From an uncultured bacterium (lineage in GTDB: Bacteria > Desulfobacterota > Syntrophorhabdia > Syntrophorhabdales > JANXAF01): DNA of 64,000 nt. The position numbers and the translations under genes are program-made. The notes under the pieces are model-generated. The model saw nothing but the letters and a program-made list of their open reading frames with translations, was not told where the DNA came from and ran no database searches. The stretch covers positions 132,269 through 196,268 of the forward strand of contig CALKEQ010000004.1 in the NCBI GenBank assembly GCA_938084905.1, written 5' to 3'. Shown in pieces: positions 37,033-48,700 of the stretch; within the stretch, counting starts at the first letter, position 1, and every line of letters starts with the position of its first letter.

Positions 37033-38499
37033 ATGGCGGACAAAATAGAGAAAGAAGGTATCACTTTCGATGATGTCCTCCTTATGCCGGCATTTAGCTC
37101 TGTTCTCCCGCAAGAGGTCGATGTCTCTACTTATCTCACAAGGGAAATAAAGCTGAATATTCCGCTTTTGAGTGCAGCTATGGACACAGTAACAGAAGCA
37201 AAGACTGCCATCTGTCTAGCACAGGAGGGAGGCATAGGCATCATACACAGAAACCTGACAATAGAGGAACAAGCCCATGAGGTGGAAAAGGTAAAAAAAT
37301 CGGAAAGTGGGATGATCATAGATCCCATCACAATCTCTCCAGAGCATAAGATAAGGGACGCTTTAGAGCTTATGGCCCAGTACAGAATCTCCGGTATCCC
37401 AGTTACAGTTGGTAAAAAGCTTGTCGGTATAATAACAAACAGGGATTTGAGATTCGAGACCAATCTCGATGAGAAAGTGGGAAATGTTATGACAAAGGAG
37501 AATCTGATAACTGTCGAAGAGGGGATAAGCCTTGAAGAATCGAAAAAGATACTTCACAAGTACAGAATCGAAAAGTTACTCGTTGTTGACAAAGAGTACA
37601 ATCTCAAAGGCCTCATTACAATAAAGGACATAGAGAAGATGAAAAAGTATCCTAACTCCTGCAAGGACCATTTAGGAAGGCTGAGAGTGGGTGCTGCAAT
37701 AGGAGTGGGACAGGAAGCGATAAGGAGGGCTGATGCCTTACTTAAGGCAGGATGTGATGTACTGGTAATAGACACTGCCCACGGACATTCCAAAAACGTA
37801 ATAGAGACTATAAGAGAGTTGAAGAGTACATTCCCGAAGGCACAGGTTATTGCTGGAAATATAGCAACAAAGGAGGCCTGTGAAGATCTTATCAAAGCTG
37901 GATGCGATGCTGTAAAAGTTGGGGTTGGACCTGGATCAATATGCACAACCAGGATAATAGCAGGCGTTGGAGTACCTCAAATAACAGCAATAATGGATGT
38001 TGCGGAGGTGGCAAAAAAGTACGGAATACCGGTTATAGCTGATGGGGGCATAAAGTACTCAGGTGATATAACAAAGGCACTTGCCGCTGGCGCAGATTCT
38101 GTAATGATAGGGAACTTATTTGCTGGGACGGACGAGTCTCCAGGAGAGATAGTCCTATATCAGGGGAGAACCTACAAGGTTTACAGGGGAATGGGATCTA
38201 TCGAGGCATTAAAAGCTGGCAGGGCCAGAGACAGGTACTGCTTCTCGGAAGTGGAAGACGAGTCAAAGATTGTTCCAGAAGGGATAGAAGGGAGGGTTCC
38301 GTACAGGGGTTCACTTTCAATGGTTATTCATCAACTTGTGGGTGGACTTAAAGCTGGAATGGGTTATGCCGGTTCAAGGACGATAAAGGAACTGCAACAG
38401 AATTCAAGATTTGTAAGGATAACCCCCGCAGGCTTGAGAGAAAGCCACGTTCATGACGTTATTATCACAAAAGAGGCACCCAACTATAGACTTGAATAA
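37033..38499 (+). CDS. guaB: IMP dehydrogenase
   Basis: 488 aa. It has a CBS pair insert, the catalytic [11 protein letters not shown]-type loop ([12 protein letters not shown]) and the GGIKYSGD motif. Confidence 0.95.
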   Translation: MADKIEKEGITFDDVLLMPAFSSVLPQEVDVSTYLTREIKLNIPLLSAAMDTVTEAKTAICLAQEGGIGIIHRNLTIEEQAHEVEKVKKSESGMIIDPITISPEHKIRDALELMAQYRISGIPVTVGKKLVGIITNRDLRFETNLDEKVGNVMTKENLITVEEGISLEESKKILHKYRIEKLLVVDKEYNLKGLITIKDIEKMKKYPNSCKDHLGRLRVGAAIGVGQEAIRRADALLKAGCDVLVIDTAHGHSKNVIETIRELKSTFPKAQVIAGNIATKEACEDLIKAGCDAVKVGVGPGSICTTRIIAGVGVPQITAIMDVAEVAKKYGIPVIADGGIKYSGDITKALAAGADSVMIGNLFAGTDESPGEIVLYQGRTYKVYRGMGSIEALKAGRARDRYCFSEVEDESKIVPEGIEGRVPYRGSLSMVIHQLVGGLKAGMGYAGSRTIKELQQNSRFVRITPAGLRESHVHDVIITKEAPNYRLE

Positions 38500-40044
38500 A
38501 TGGACTACCACAGGGAAAATATCCTCATTCTCGATTTTGGCTCCCAGTACACGCAGCTTATTGCAAGGAAGATAAGGGAACTTGGAGTCTATTGTGAGAT
38601 ACATCCTTACAATCTTTCAATCGAAAGGATAAGCTCCCTTAACCCGATCGGGATTGTACTTTCTGGAGGACCAAAAAGTGTATTCGATGAAGATGCTCCC
38701 TTTTGTGACAAAAGGGTCCTTGAGTTAAACGTTCCCGTACTGGGGATATGTTACGGATTACAACTCCTTACCGTTCTCTTTGGAGGAGAAGTTGAAAAGG
38801 CAAAAAAAGCCGAATACGGAAAGGCCAAACTGAAAGTGGAAAGGGATGACCCCCTTTTTGAAGGAATAGAGAGAGAGACAGTTGTATGGATGAGCCACAA
38901 GGACAGGGTCGTAAAAATACCAGAGGGCTTTGTAAGTCTTGCAAGAACGGCAAATTCTCCATATGCGGCTATAAGGTCCGAGAAATCTCCCATATATGGC
39001 GTTCAATTCCACCCTGAGGTCCACCATACGGAGAGAGGGAAAGAGATTCTTAGAAACTTTCTTTTTCGAGTTTGTAACGCCCATGGCCTTTTTACCCCTC
39101 TCTCTTTTGTAGAGGAATCAATAAGAAGGATAAGGGAGGAAGTGAAAGATGGAAGGGTTATCTGCGCCCTAAGCGGTGGGGTAGATTCTTCCTGCGTTGC
39201 TGCACTTATGCACGAAGCAATAGGAAGTAACCTTTACTGCGTCTTTGTGAATAATGGACTTTTGAGAAAAAATGAGGCCGAAGAGGTTCTCTATGCTTTT
39301 GAGGTAAAACTTGGCATAAAAGTTAACTACGTAAACAAGGAGGATGAGTTTCTCAGAAGATTGAAGGGTGTTCGTGATCCGGAGAGAAAGAGAAAGATCA
39401 TAGGAAGGATCTTTATAAGGGCATTTGAGGAGGAAGCGAAAAAGATCGGAGGAATAAAGTACCTTGCACAGGGTACTCTCTATCCAGACGTTATAGAGAG
39501 CACATCTTGCAAGGGTCCTTCCTCTGTAATTAAAAGCCATCATAACGTTGGCGGATTACCGAAAAGGATGAAATTGAAGCTTATTGAGCCACTCAAAGAA
39601 CTCTTCAAAGACGAAGTGAGGCAAGTTGGAAAGCTTCTTGGTCTTCCAGACTTCATAGTCAACAGGCAGCCCTTCCCTGGACCTGGTTTGGCTGTAAGAA
39701 TAGTTGGGGAAGTAACTAAGGAAAGACTGGAAATCTTAAGAGAGGCTGATGCCATAGTCAGAGAAGAAATTGAAAAAAAGCCAGATTTCAGCGATATATG
39801 GCAATCTTTTGCTGTCCTCATTCCTGTAAAGACCGTTGGGGTAATGGGGGATGAGAGAACGTACGCTCACGTTATTGCATTGAGGGCAGTCAAAAGTGTG
39901 GATGGGATGACAGCTGACTGGGCAAGGCTTCCTTATGAGACCCTTGACCTCATTGCCAGGCGTATTATAAATGAGGTAAATGGGGTGAACAGGGTCGTTT
40001 ACGATATCACCTCAAAACCACCAGGAACCATAGAATGGGAGTAG
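38500..40044 (+). CDS. guaA: GMP synthase (glutamine-hydrolysing)
   Basis: GATase domain (GICYG, QFHPE), PP-loop SGGVDSS, and the C-terminal PPGTIEWE. Confidence 0.95.
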   Translation: MDYHRENILILDFGSQYTQLIARKIRELGVYCEIHPYNLSIERISSLNPIGIVLSGGPKSVFDEDAPFCDKRVLELNVPVLGICYGLQLLTVLFGGEVEKAKKAEYGKAKLKVERDDPLFEGIERETVVWMSHKDRVVKIPEGFVSLARTANSPYAAIRSEKSPIYGVQFHPEVHHTERGKEILRNFLFRVCNAHGLFTPLSFVEESIRRIREEVKDGRVICALSGGVDSSCVAALMHEAIGSNLYCVFVNNGLLRKNEAEEVLYAFEVKLGIKVNYVNKEDEFLRRLKGVRDPERKRKIIGRIFIRAFEEEAKKIGGIKYLAQGTLYPDVIESTSCKGPSSVIKSHHNVGGLPKRMKLKLIEPLKELFKDEVRQVGKLLGLPDFIVNRQPFPGPGLAVRIVGEVTKERLEILREADAIVREEIEKKPDFSDIWQSFAVLIPVKTVGVMGDERTYAHVIALRAVKSVDGMTADWARLPYETLDLIARRIINEVNGVNRVVYDITSKPPGTIEWE

Positions 40045-40048
40045 GAGC

Positions 40049-43000
40049 ATGACTCAGTTTGTCCATCTCCATCTCCACTCCCAGTACAGTTTACTCGATG
40101 GAGCTATAAGGTTTGAAGAACTCTTCCAGTTGATGAGAGAGTTGGGGATCAGTTCTTGCGCTGTCACAGACCACGGATCAATGTTCGGAATTGCGGAATT
40201 TTACTTTCTTGCAAAAGAAAATGGCTTCAAACCGATACTCGGTTGTGAGGCCTACGTTGCTCCAGGCTCAAGGTTCGAGCAGAGAAAAGGGAAAGGTGAG
40301 GAGATAGCCTACCACCTTGTTCTCCTTGCGATGGATAACAGGGGATACAAAAACCTTATCAAGCTTGCCACTCTTGCCCAGTTTGAGGGTTTCTACTATG
40401 TGCCAAGGATAGATAAGGAACTACTCAGGCAGTACAATGAGGGTTTAATATGTTTGAGTGCGTGCCTTAAAGGTGAGATTCCCTACCTCATCTTAAAGAA
40501 CGATGAAAAGGCACTTAAAAAAACGATCGAGGAGTACTACTCCATTTTTGGCGATCGATTCTTCTTTGAACTTCAGGACAACGGGCTTGAGGAACAGAAA
40601 AAGGTGAATGAGGCTTTAATTGGGCTTTCAAAGTATTATGGGATTCCTATTGTAGCAACAAACGACTGTCACTACCTCAGAAGGGAAGAGCATAGATCAC
40701 ATGAGATACTACTATGCATCCAGACGGGGAAAAAGATCTCAGATAAGGACAGGCTTTCCTTCAGAACCGATCAGTTCTACTTTAAATCTCCGGAGGAGAT
40801 GGAAAGGGCTTTCTCCTCGTTTAAGGATGCCATAAAAAACACTATTGTCATCTCAGATCTTTGTAATGTGGAGATAGATTCAGGAACCTACCACTTTCCA
40901 GAATTCAAGATTGCGGTTCCTCAAACCCTTGAGGAATACTTTGAGGATAAGTGCAAGAAGGGATTTGAGCGAAGGATTGAGGATATTAAAAGGAACTACG
41001 AGAATTTCACGGAAGAGCTTCTAGGTAAGTACGTGGAAAGACTCAACTACGAGATAGAGATCATAAAGAAGACCGGTTTTGTTGGATACTTTCTCATTGT
41101 TTCAGATTTCATCGACTTTGCAAAAAAAAATAACATTCCTGTCGGTCCGGGAAGGGGGTCTGCTGCGGGAAGCCTCGTTGCTTATTCCCTAGGGATAACA
41201 GACATAGACCCTATAAGGTACGACCTTATATTTGAGAGATTTCTCAATCCGGAAAGAGTTAGTCCTCCCGATATAGACGTGGATTTCTGCATGGAGGGAA
41301 GGGAAAAAGTAATAGAGTACGTCATGGACAAATACGGAAGGGAAAATGTGGCTCAGATAATAACCTTCGGAACGATGCAGTCGAGGGCAGCAATAAGGGA
41401 TGTGGGAAGAGCCTTAGGTTTATCTTACGGAGAGGTAGACAGAATTGCAAAGTTAGTTCCTCCATCTATTAAGACGATAGAGCTTGCCCTCTCAACTGAG
41501 CCAAACTTAAAGGAGCTTTACGAAAAAAACGAAAAGGTAAGGGAACTCATCGATACTGCCATATCTCTAGAAGGACTCGCAAGGCATGCGTCGACTCATG
41601 CTGCAGGGATCGTCATTTCAAATAAACCTTTAACTGAGTACCTTCCACTTTATAAGGGGACGAAGGGTGAAACAGTAACTCAGTACCCAATGAAGATGAT
41701 TGAAAAAATAGGACTGGTGAAGTTCGACTTCCTAGGGCTTAAAACCCTTACGATCATAGACACTGTGGTAAAGATGTTGAAGGCACAGGGAATAGAGCTT
41801 GATATTTCAAAGATTCCACTCGATGACAAAAAAACCTACGATCTACTCTCTTCCGGAAATACATCTGGGGTGTTCCAGCTTGAAAGTAGAGGTATGAGGG
41901 ATCTTCTCGTCCGTCTTAAGCCTTCAAAATTTGAGGACATAATAGCACTCGTTGCACTATACAGGCCAGGTCCTCTTACAAGTGGAATGATAGAGGAGTT
42001 CATAAGGAGAAAGAACAATCCCTCCCTCATTACTTACGAAGTTGAAGGTCTAAAGGACATTCTCGAGGAAACTTACGGGGTTATCGTTTATCAGGAACAG
42101 ATAATGAAAATAGCCTCAAGGCTTGCAGGTTTCTCCATGAAGGAGGCAGACGCCTTAAGAAAGGCAATAAGCAAAAAAATTCCTGAGGAACTGAAAAAGT
42201 ACAGAGATAGCTTCGTCGAAGGCTGCATAAAAAACGGAGTACAGAGGGAAGCAGCAGAAAGAATGTACGAAGTGGTGTTAAAGTTCGGTGAATACGGGTT
42301 CAATAAGTCACACAGTGCCGCTTATGCACTCGTGGCATACCAGACTGCCTACCTTAAGGCACACTATCCTTTATACTTTATGGCAGCACTTCTGACAAAT
42401 GAAGTCAACAACACAGAAAACATGCTAAGGTACATCACTGAGTGCAGGGAACAGGGTATAGTTGTTCTTCCACCTGATATAAACGAAAGTGATCGGTCCT
42501 TCACGGTTAGGGACGGAAAAATAAGGTACGGACTTTCAGGTATAAAAAACGTTGGAGAGGCTGCTATACAGAACATTCTTGAGGTAAGGGGAAAAACTGG
42601 TCGTTTCCAATCTCTAACACAGTTCCTCTCTTTAGTCGATCCAAGAAAGATAAACAAAAAAGTTTTGGAAAGTCTTGCAAAGGCAGGATGTTTTGACTGC
42701 TTCGGATTAAAGAGATCTCAGGTTCTCCGAATAATTGAGCAGAGATCTGAAATAGCGCAGAAGGAAGAAAAAAGACAGAGGCAGCCATCCATCTTCGGTG
42801 AGCTTTACCAAGATGTGGCCATCCCACAGATTGAAGAGCTTCCAAGGGAGGAGATAATCCTCGGTGAGAAGGAAGCCTTCGGTTTTTATTTCTCTGAACA
42901 TCCCTTAAGCGCATTAGCCGACCTCATAAAAAGCCTTACACCCTATGACAGCCAGAACATAAAGGAGCTTGAAACATCTGAGGAGGAGATAAAGATAGTG

Positions 43001-43477
43001 GGGATTGTGAATACGATTAGAGAAATAAAGACGAAAAAAGGTGAGAAGATGGCTTATGTAACGTTGGAAGATACTTTGGGCCTCATCGAAGTTGTAATAT
43101 TTCCTGACCTTCTCCTTAAGGTTTCAAATCTTCTAAGACAGGAAAAACCGCTACTTGTAACAGGAACCCTTGAAGGAGGGGAAAATGAGACGGTAAGGAT
43201 AAGGGCAAAAAACGTGCAACTTCTCGAAGAAGTGAAGAATGAAAAAGTAAAGAAGGTTCACATCACAGTGGATACTACCATCGTAAAAAAGGAAGATCTA
43301 AAAAGGCTCAAGGATGTTCTTTCAACGATTAAAGGTTCATCCGAGATCTTTCTCCATTTCATAGGAAATGGAGAAAAAAGGAGCATGAAAGTCGAGGGCT
43401 TAAGGGTAAATCACGAAAGGATCGATGAATTGAAGAGACATTTTGCGAATGGCATCTCTTACGAGGTTTCACCATGA
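40049..43477 (+). CDS. dnaE: DNA polymerase III alpha subunit
   Basis: 1142 aa. N-terminal PHP domain (FVHLHLHSQYSLLDG), palm/fingers motifs (GPGRGSAAGSLVAYSLGIT, PDIDVDF) and an OB domain. Confidence 0.95.
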   Translation: MTQFVHLHLHSQYSLLDGAIRFEELFQLMRELGISSCAVTDHGSMFGIAEFYFLAKENGFKPILGCEAYVAPGSRFEQRKGKGEEIAYHLVLLAMDNRGYKNLIKLATLAQFEGFYYVPRIDKELLRQYNEGLICLSACLKGEIPYLILKNDEKALKKTIEEYYSIFGDRFFFELQDNGLEEQKKVNEALIGLSKYYGIPIVATNDCHYLRREEHRSHEILLCIQTGKKISDKDRLSFRTDQFYFKSPEEMERAFSSFKDAIKNTIVISDLCNVEIDSGTYHFPEFKIAVPQTLEEYFEDKCKKGFERRIEDIKRNYENFTEELLGKYVERLNYEIEIIKKTGFVGYFLIVSDFIDFAKKNNIPVGPGRGSAAGSLVAYSLGITDIDPIRYDLIFERFLNPERVSPPDIDVDFCMEGREKVIEYVMDKYGRENVAQIITFGTMQSRAAIRDVGRALGLSYGEVDRIAKLVPPSIKTIELALSTEPNLKELYEKNEKVRELIDTAISLEGLARHASTHAAGIVISNKPLTEYLPLYKGTKGETVTQYPMKMIEKIGLVKFDFLGLKTLTIIDTVVKMLKAQGIELDISKIPLDDKKTYDLLSSGNTSGVFQLESRGMRDLLVRLKPSKFEDIIALVALYRPGPLTSGMIEEFIRRKNNPSLITYEVEGLKDILEETYGVIVYQEQIMKIASRLAGFSMKEADALRKAISKKIPEELKKYRDSFVEGCIKNGVQREAAERMYEVVLKFGEYGFNKSHSAAYALVAYQTAYLKAHYPLYFMAALLTNEVNNTENMLRYITECREQGIVVLPPDINESDRSFTVRDGKIRYGLSGIKNVGEAAIQNILEVRGKTGRFQSLTQFLSLVDPRKINKKVLESLAKAGCFDCFGLKRSQVLRIIEQRSEIAQKEEKRQRQPSIFGELYQDVAIPQIEELPREEIILGEKEAFGFYFSEHPLSALADLIKSLTPYDSQNIKELETSEEEIKIVGIVNTIREIKTKKGEKMAYVTLEDTLGLIEVVIFPDLLLKVSNLLRQEKPLLVTGTLEGGENETVRIRAKNVQLLEEVKNEKVKKVHITVDTTIVKKEDLKRLKDVLSTIKGSSEIFLHFIGNGEKRSMKVEGLRVNHERIDELKRHFANGISYEVSP

Positions 43478-44433
43478 AGCACTACCTCGATTTCGAAATG
43501 AAACTGAAACCGCTTGAAACAAGACTTGAAGAGATAAAAAGGTTCTATGACGTCAATGACCCACACTATGCAAAGGAGATAAAAAGCTTAGAGAAAAAAA
43601 TAGCCAAACTTGAAAAGGAGATCTACAGCGATCTATCCCCATGGCAGAAAACCCAGATTTCAAGACATCTAAACAGGCCAAGGACTTTAGATTACGTGGA
43701 TCATCTTTTTAAGGATTACTTTGAATTGCACGGTGATAGGAAGTACAAAGATGATCCAGCAATAGTTGGAGGATTTGGAAAGTTCAACAATCTGACTGTT
43801 GCATTCATAGGACATCAAAAGGGAAGAGATATAAAGGAGATGGCTCAGAGAAACTTTGGTATGGCACACCCTGAAGGTTATAGAAAGGCTATGAGGATAA
43901 TGGATCTGGCATCCAGATGGAAAAAGCCCATAATAACATTTATCGATACTCCAGGGGCCTATCCAGGAGTTGGAGCTGAGGAGAGGGGACAAGCAGAGGC
44001 TATCGCCTCTAGCATGTATTTAATGTTTTCTCTTTGCGTTCCTATAGTTAGTGTGGTTATAGGCGAGGGTGGAAGCGGCGGTGCTTTGGCAATCGGAATT
44101 GCAGACAGAATACTCATGCTCGAAAATTCCATATACTCCGTTATTTCACCTGAGGGGTGCGCTGCCATACTTTGGAGGGATGGAACGAGGGCAAAACAGG
44201 CTGCTGAGTATCTTAAACTCACAGCCTCTGATCTTTACCAGCTAAAGGTGGTAGACGAGGTAATAAAGGAACCTTTAGGTGGTGCCCACAGAAACTGGAA
44301 AGAGACTTTTACAAATACTGAGAAGGCCCTTGTGCGCCATCTTGAGGAGATTCTGAGTGTCCCACCCGAGGAACTTAAAGAGAAAAGGTACGAAAAGTTC
44401 AAAAGGATGGGTTTTTTTCTGGAGGAAAAATGA
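43474..44433 (+). CDS. accA: Acetyl-CoA carboxylase carboxyltransferase alpha subunit
   Basis: Motifs FIDTPGAYPG...EERGQAEAIA and VIGEGGSGGALA. Confidence 0.9.
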   Translation: MKHYLDFEMKLKPLETRLEEIKRFYDVNDPHYAKEIKSLEKKIAKLEKEIYSDLSPWQKTQISRHLNRPRTLDYVDHLFKDYFELHGDRKYKDDPAIVGGFGKFNNLTVAFIGHQKGRDIKEMAQRNFGMAHPEGYRKAMRIMDLASRWKKPIITFIDTPGAYPGVGAEERGQAEAIASSMYLMFSLCVPIVSVVIGEGGSGGALAIGIADRILMLENSIYSVISPEGCAAILWRDGTRAKQAAEYLKLTASDLYQLKVVDEVIKEPLGGAHRNWKETFTNTEKALVRHLEEILSVPPEELKEKRYEKFKRMGFFLEEK

Positions 44434-45731
44434 TCACTCTCGACTACACATTTTCTTTGATAGACGAATCAGAGCTCGATGAGGTGATAAGAAAAGTCGA
44501 GGAAATAAACGAAAGGGTAAAGAGAAAACCGTATCCCTTCATGGAGCTCCCTTACATTAGGTTCCAGTTAAAAGAAATGGAGGAGATGGTACGCAATCTT
44601 AAAAAGAAAAGACTTGAGGATGTTATCCTCCTTGGGATCGGAGGCTCTGCACTTGGAGCAAAAGCCATATGCGAAGCCCTCCTCTCTTATTCGAGAGATA
44701 AAAAACCGAGGCTATGGATACTCGATAACATAGATCCATTCACGATAAATTGGGTCTTAGAGAAGATAGAAAAAAAGAAGAGCCTTCTTGTTGTTGTAAG
44801 TAAGTCTGGAGAAACCACAGAGACCCTTGCCCAGTTTATGATATTTAAGGACGCTTTAAGGGAAGTGAGTGATTTAAAAGAAAAAGTCGTTATAATCACG
44901 GATCCCCAAAATGGCACATTAAAGAGAATCGCAGAGAAGGAGGGATACCTCTGTCTCTTCGTACCTAGGGATGTGGGTGGAAGATTCTCTGTTCTGACCC
45001 CAGTGGCCATGTTCCCATCCCTTCTTATGGGAGTAAAGATCGAAGAGATATTCGATGGCGCGAAAAAAATGGCAGAGCATATAAGGACATTTAGCAGAAG
45101 GGAGAATATGTCATTTGTGATAGCTGCCATTCTTTACCTCATGGATAAAAAAGGGAAAAGTCTTCACGTGATTATGCCGTACTGCGACAGGCTCATCGGT
45201 TTCTCGGAGTGGTTTAGACAGCTTGAGGCTGAAAGTCTTGGAAAGGGAGGGAAAGGACCAACCCCTATCCATTCGAGAGGTGTAACGGATCAGCACTCCC
45301 AGTTACAGCTGTACATTGACGGACCGAAGAACAAGTTCTTGATCTTCATGTACTCTTTCTCAGAAGGACCTTCCGTACCCGATTCCTTCTCGTACCTGGA
45401 TGAGCTTTCCTACCTTTCCGGAAAAACTCTTGAGGATCTTTTTTTAGCTGAACTTACCGCGACAAAACTCTCCCTCCTTGAGGCATCGGTTCCAAGTATC
45501 GATATACGGATTGATGAAATATCAGCTTTCAGTATGGGTGCCCTCTTCTACCTCTTCGAAATGGTAATCGCCTTCTTCGGAGAACTCCTTGGCGTTAATC
45601 CGTTTGATCAGCCAGCCGTAGAAAAGGGAAAGGTGTATACGAAGGCCCTTCTGGGAGCCAAGGGCTACGAGAATGTAAAAAGCCAAATAGAAATTTTACA
45701 ATCCGGAAAAAGAGCTATCGTCTCCTTATAG
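44430..45731 (+). CDS. pgi: Glucose-6-phosphate isomerase (short bacterial type)
   Basis: Motifs LGIGGSALG, VSKSGETTET, GGRFSV and DQHSQLQLY. Confidence 0.85.
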   Translation: MITLDYTFSLIDESELDEVIRKVEEINERVKRKPYPFMELPYIRFQLKEMEEMVRNLKKKRLEDVILLGIGGSALGAKAICEALLSYSRDKKPRLWILDNIDPFTINWVLEKIEKKKSLLVVVSKSGETTETLAQFMIFKDALREVSDLKEKVVIITDPQNGTLKRIAEKEGYLCLFVPRDVGGRFSVLTPVAMFPSLLMGVKIEEIFDGAKKMAEHIRTFSRRENMSFVIAAILYLMDKKGKSLHVIMPYCDRLIGFSEWFRQLEAESLGKGGKGPTPIHSRGVTDQHSQLQLYIDGPKNKFLIFMYSFSEGPSVPDSFSYLDELSYLSGKTLEDLFLAELTATKLSLLEASVPSIDIRIDEISAFSMGALFYLFEMVIAFFGELLGVNPFDQPAVEKGKVYTKALLGAKGYENVKSQIEILQSGKRAIVSL

Positions 45732-48700
45732 TCTCTTTTTGTTCAAAGTGCTCCTTTACCTGATGCATAAAGGCCTCTATTCTTGTATCTATGTTAGATA
45801 ATCCCTGACCGTCGAATGCGATGTTTAGAACCGGTACGTTGTACTTTTTCTGGATTAGCCTCATTATTGCACTCGATATCGTTCCAGGCATACAGGTAAA
45901 AGGCATGGCATTTATGATTCCAGAAACACCCTTTTCTATGAAATCTATAGACTTACCTACCGTCAGTATAGCTTCTCCTTCAAAGCTCTCGTGGATGTAT
46001 GGAGCAGCCTTTTTGAGTATGGTTTTTACGCTTGGTTCTTTTCCGTAGCTTATGTACTCCTCAAAAAGCTTTTCCATCTCGTGTTCGTCCTTCTTCTGGA
46101 AGTACTCTGTAAGAAGGATGCTTAAGAGATTTGAATAGCTTCTATGCCTTATGGCCTTCTTCTTCCCCATGTAATTTATGTAAGATACCCATTCTGTAAT
46201 AGGTGCAAGCCAGCACATTCCACCGAGCTCCTCAACCTTACGGATAATGTCATTGTTACTGAAGGCATTCTGCCTTATGTATATCTCTCCAACTATTCCT
46301 ACAATAGGCTTTTTCTCATCCCTTTTTGGAATTGAAAGAAAGGCCTTCACAACTTCTTTTAGAACATCGAGAAAATCCTCTCCCCCCCTTTCTATGGAAA
46401 GGCAAACCTTTTCAAGACACTCTTTGTAAACCCTATCCGTATTTCCAGGATACAACTCCCTTGGCCTTATCTCATGGACCATCTTGAGCATCAGATCAAC
46501 GGAAACTATAGCTTTCCAGCCAAGTCTCTTGAATTTCCCTCCCACAATGTTCAGTTCTTCATAGAATCTGTGATCCTGATTTGGTGCGTAAATAGGAACG
46601 TCCTCGAATCCCAGCTCGTCAAGAACCATCCTGTGAAACCTGTGGTATTGACCGAACCGGCATGGACCTCCTCCCGAAGGCATGAAAAAGGCACTCCTCT
46701 TCGGATCAAAATCTGGCCTCATGGCTGTTCTCACCATGTCTCCAGTTGTTAGTATACATGGATAACATTCCCTTCCCAAGGTGAATTTCCTTCCAAGATT
46801 TACCGTCTCCTCATTGGATGTTTCCATGACCTCAGCCTCAACACCGCATGCACGAAATGCACTTGCAAAGGGATAGGAGTGATCACACATATGAGGAATG
46901 TACATCTTTCTTTTTCCGTCGCTTAAGAAAAAGCTTCTTACGGCTCTTACCGGTGGTTTCTCTTTCTTCGCGTTCTTTATGCTATCAAGAAAAGCCTCAA
47001 GCCTCGTTATTATCCCTGCATCAGCACTATGCTCATCTATCTCAAGCTGAAGGTAGGGCTTACCCTCTATCACCTTCTTGAAGAAATGGGTGATGAAGGA
47101 ATCGGGACCACAGCCGAAGTTAGTAACATATATTCCGTAAAGATTCGGTTTCTCCTTTAAAAACTTGGCAGCTCTGAGAATCTTCTGACCATACCCCCAG
47201 TACATGTCCTTTAGGTCCTCATCCTCTTCTGCACCCTCCATGATTGGTAACATGTCGTAAGGTACTGGGTAAACCCCAAGATCCATCAATTTTTTATGGA
47301 TGTTAAGATTCGCCCCTGGATCGAAGCTGTTGTATGGTCTTCCTATTATGACCATTCCCTTCTTTTCGCCTCCAATTTCTCCTAGATACTCCTGCCCTGC
47401 CTCCAGACACTTTCTGTAGAATTGATCCTGTGCTTCCTTTGCAACAAAATAAGCTTTCTTTATCTCCTCTTTCGATCTTCTTATCCTTCTTCCAAATTCG
47501 TAGAGGTTGGCAAGAGTGATTTCCTCACCCTGTCCGAAATAAACAACAGGAGATAGTACCTTTACGCCCTTCTCTGAAAAATCTATGGAACCTCTCACAG
47601 TATAAGGGAAAGACTGGGCATATGGACATACGAATGTGTTTGAGACGATTTTCGACGGGCTTTTTATGTTTATCACACTCGGAAGAAAAATCGTCCTAAT
47701 ACCCTTATCTATTAGGTTTAAAACGTGGCCATGAGCGAGCTTTACGGGGAAACAGCTTTCCACGATCACGTTCTCAACTCCATCACGTATGATTTTTTTG
47801 TTCGTTGGATCTGAGGGAACGACTGAAAAACCTAGCTCTGATAGAAAAGCCTTCCAGAAGGGGAAGAATTCGTGGTTGTAAAGTATCATTGGAACACCAA
47901 TCACTTCTCCACTTACCTCTCTGTCGTAAGTATTTAAGAGTAGGTTCTGCCTCAACGCGAAGTAGTCCTTCATCTCGGTTTTCTTTGTCCTTCTTAGAAC
48001 GTCGTATTTTTCACATCTACTACCGTAATAGAGGGGAGTTTCTCCTTCAACCGTAACTTTCCTTATTTCGCAGAGGTTCTCACAGCCCTTACATTCAAAT
48101 GTCTCTATCTCGTATTTTCTTTTACTTAAATCAAATCCCTTGAAGGAACTTTTCTCCCACGTCCGTTCCTTCATGGCAAGGATCGCAACTCCTATTGCTC
48201 CTGTAACATCGTGATGGGGGGGGACCTTTATCGGCTTATTTAAAACCTTTTCGAAAGCAGCAACCACTCCCTTGTTAAACGCAGTTCCTCCTTGGAAGAA
48301 TATTTTATTCCCTATTTTTCTGTCACCCACAACCCTATTTAGGTAGTTTTTTACAATCGAGTAGGAAAGTCCGCTTACGAGATCCTCCTTTTTTGCTCCT
48401 CTTTGCTGATGGTGGACGAGATCCGATTCGATAAATACGGTGCAACGTTCTCCCATCTTCACAGGCTTTTTCGACTCAAGAGCAAGCCTACCGAACTCAT
48501 CCTTTATGGAAATTCCAAGTCTTTCTGCCTGTTCTTCTAAGAATGAACCGGTACCAGCTGCACATGCCTTGTTCATTTCAAAATCAACGATAACTCCCCT
48601 TTCTATGCTTATGTACTTTGAGTCCTGACCCCCTATCTCAAATATGGTATCAACCTCAGGGTCTATGTTTATTGCCGCTTCTGCCTGGGCAGTTATCTCA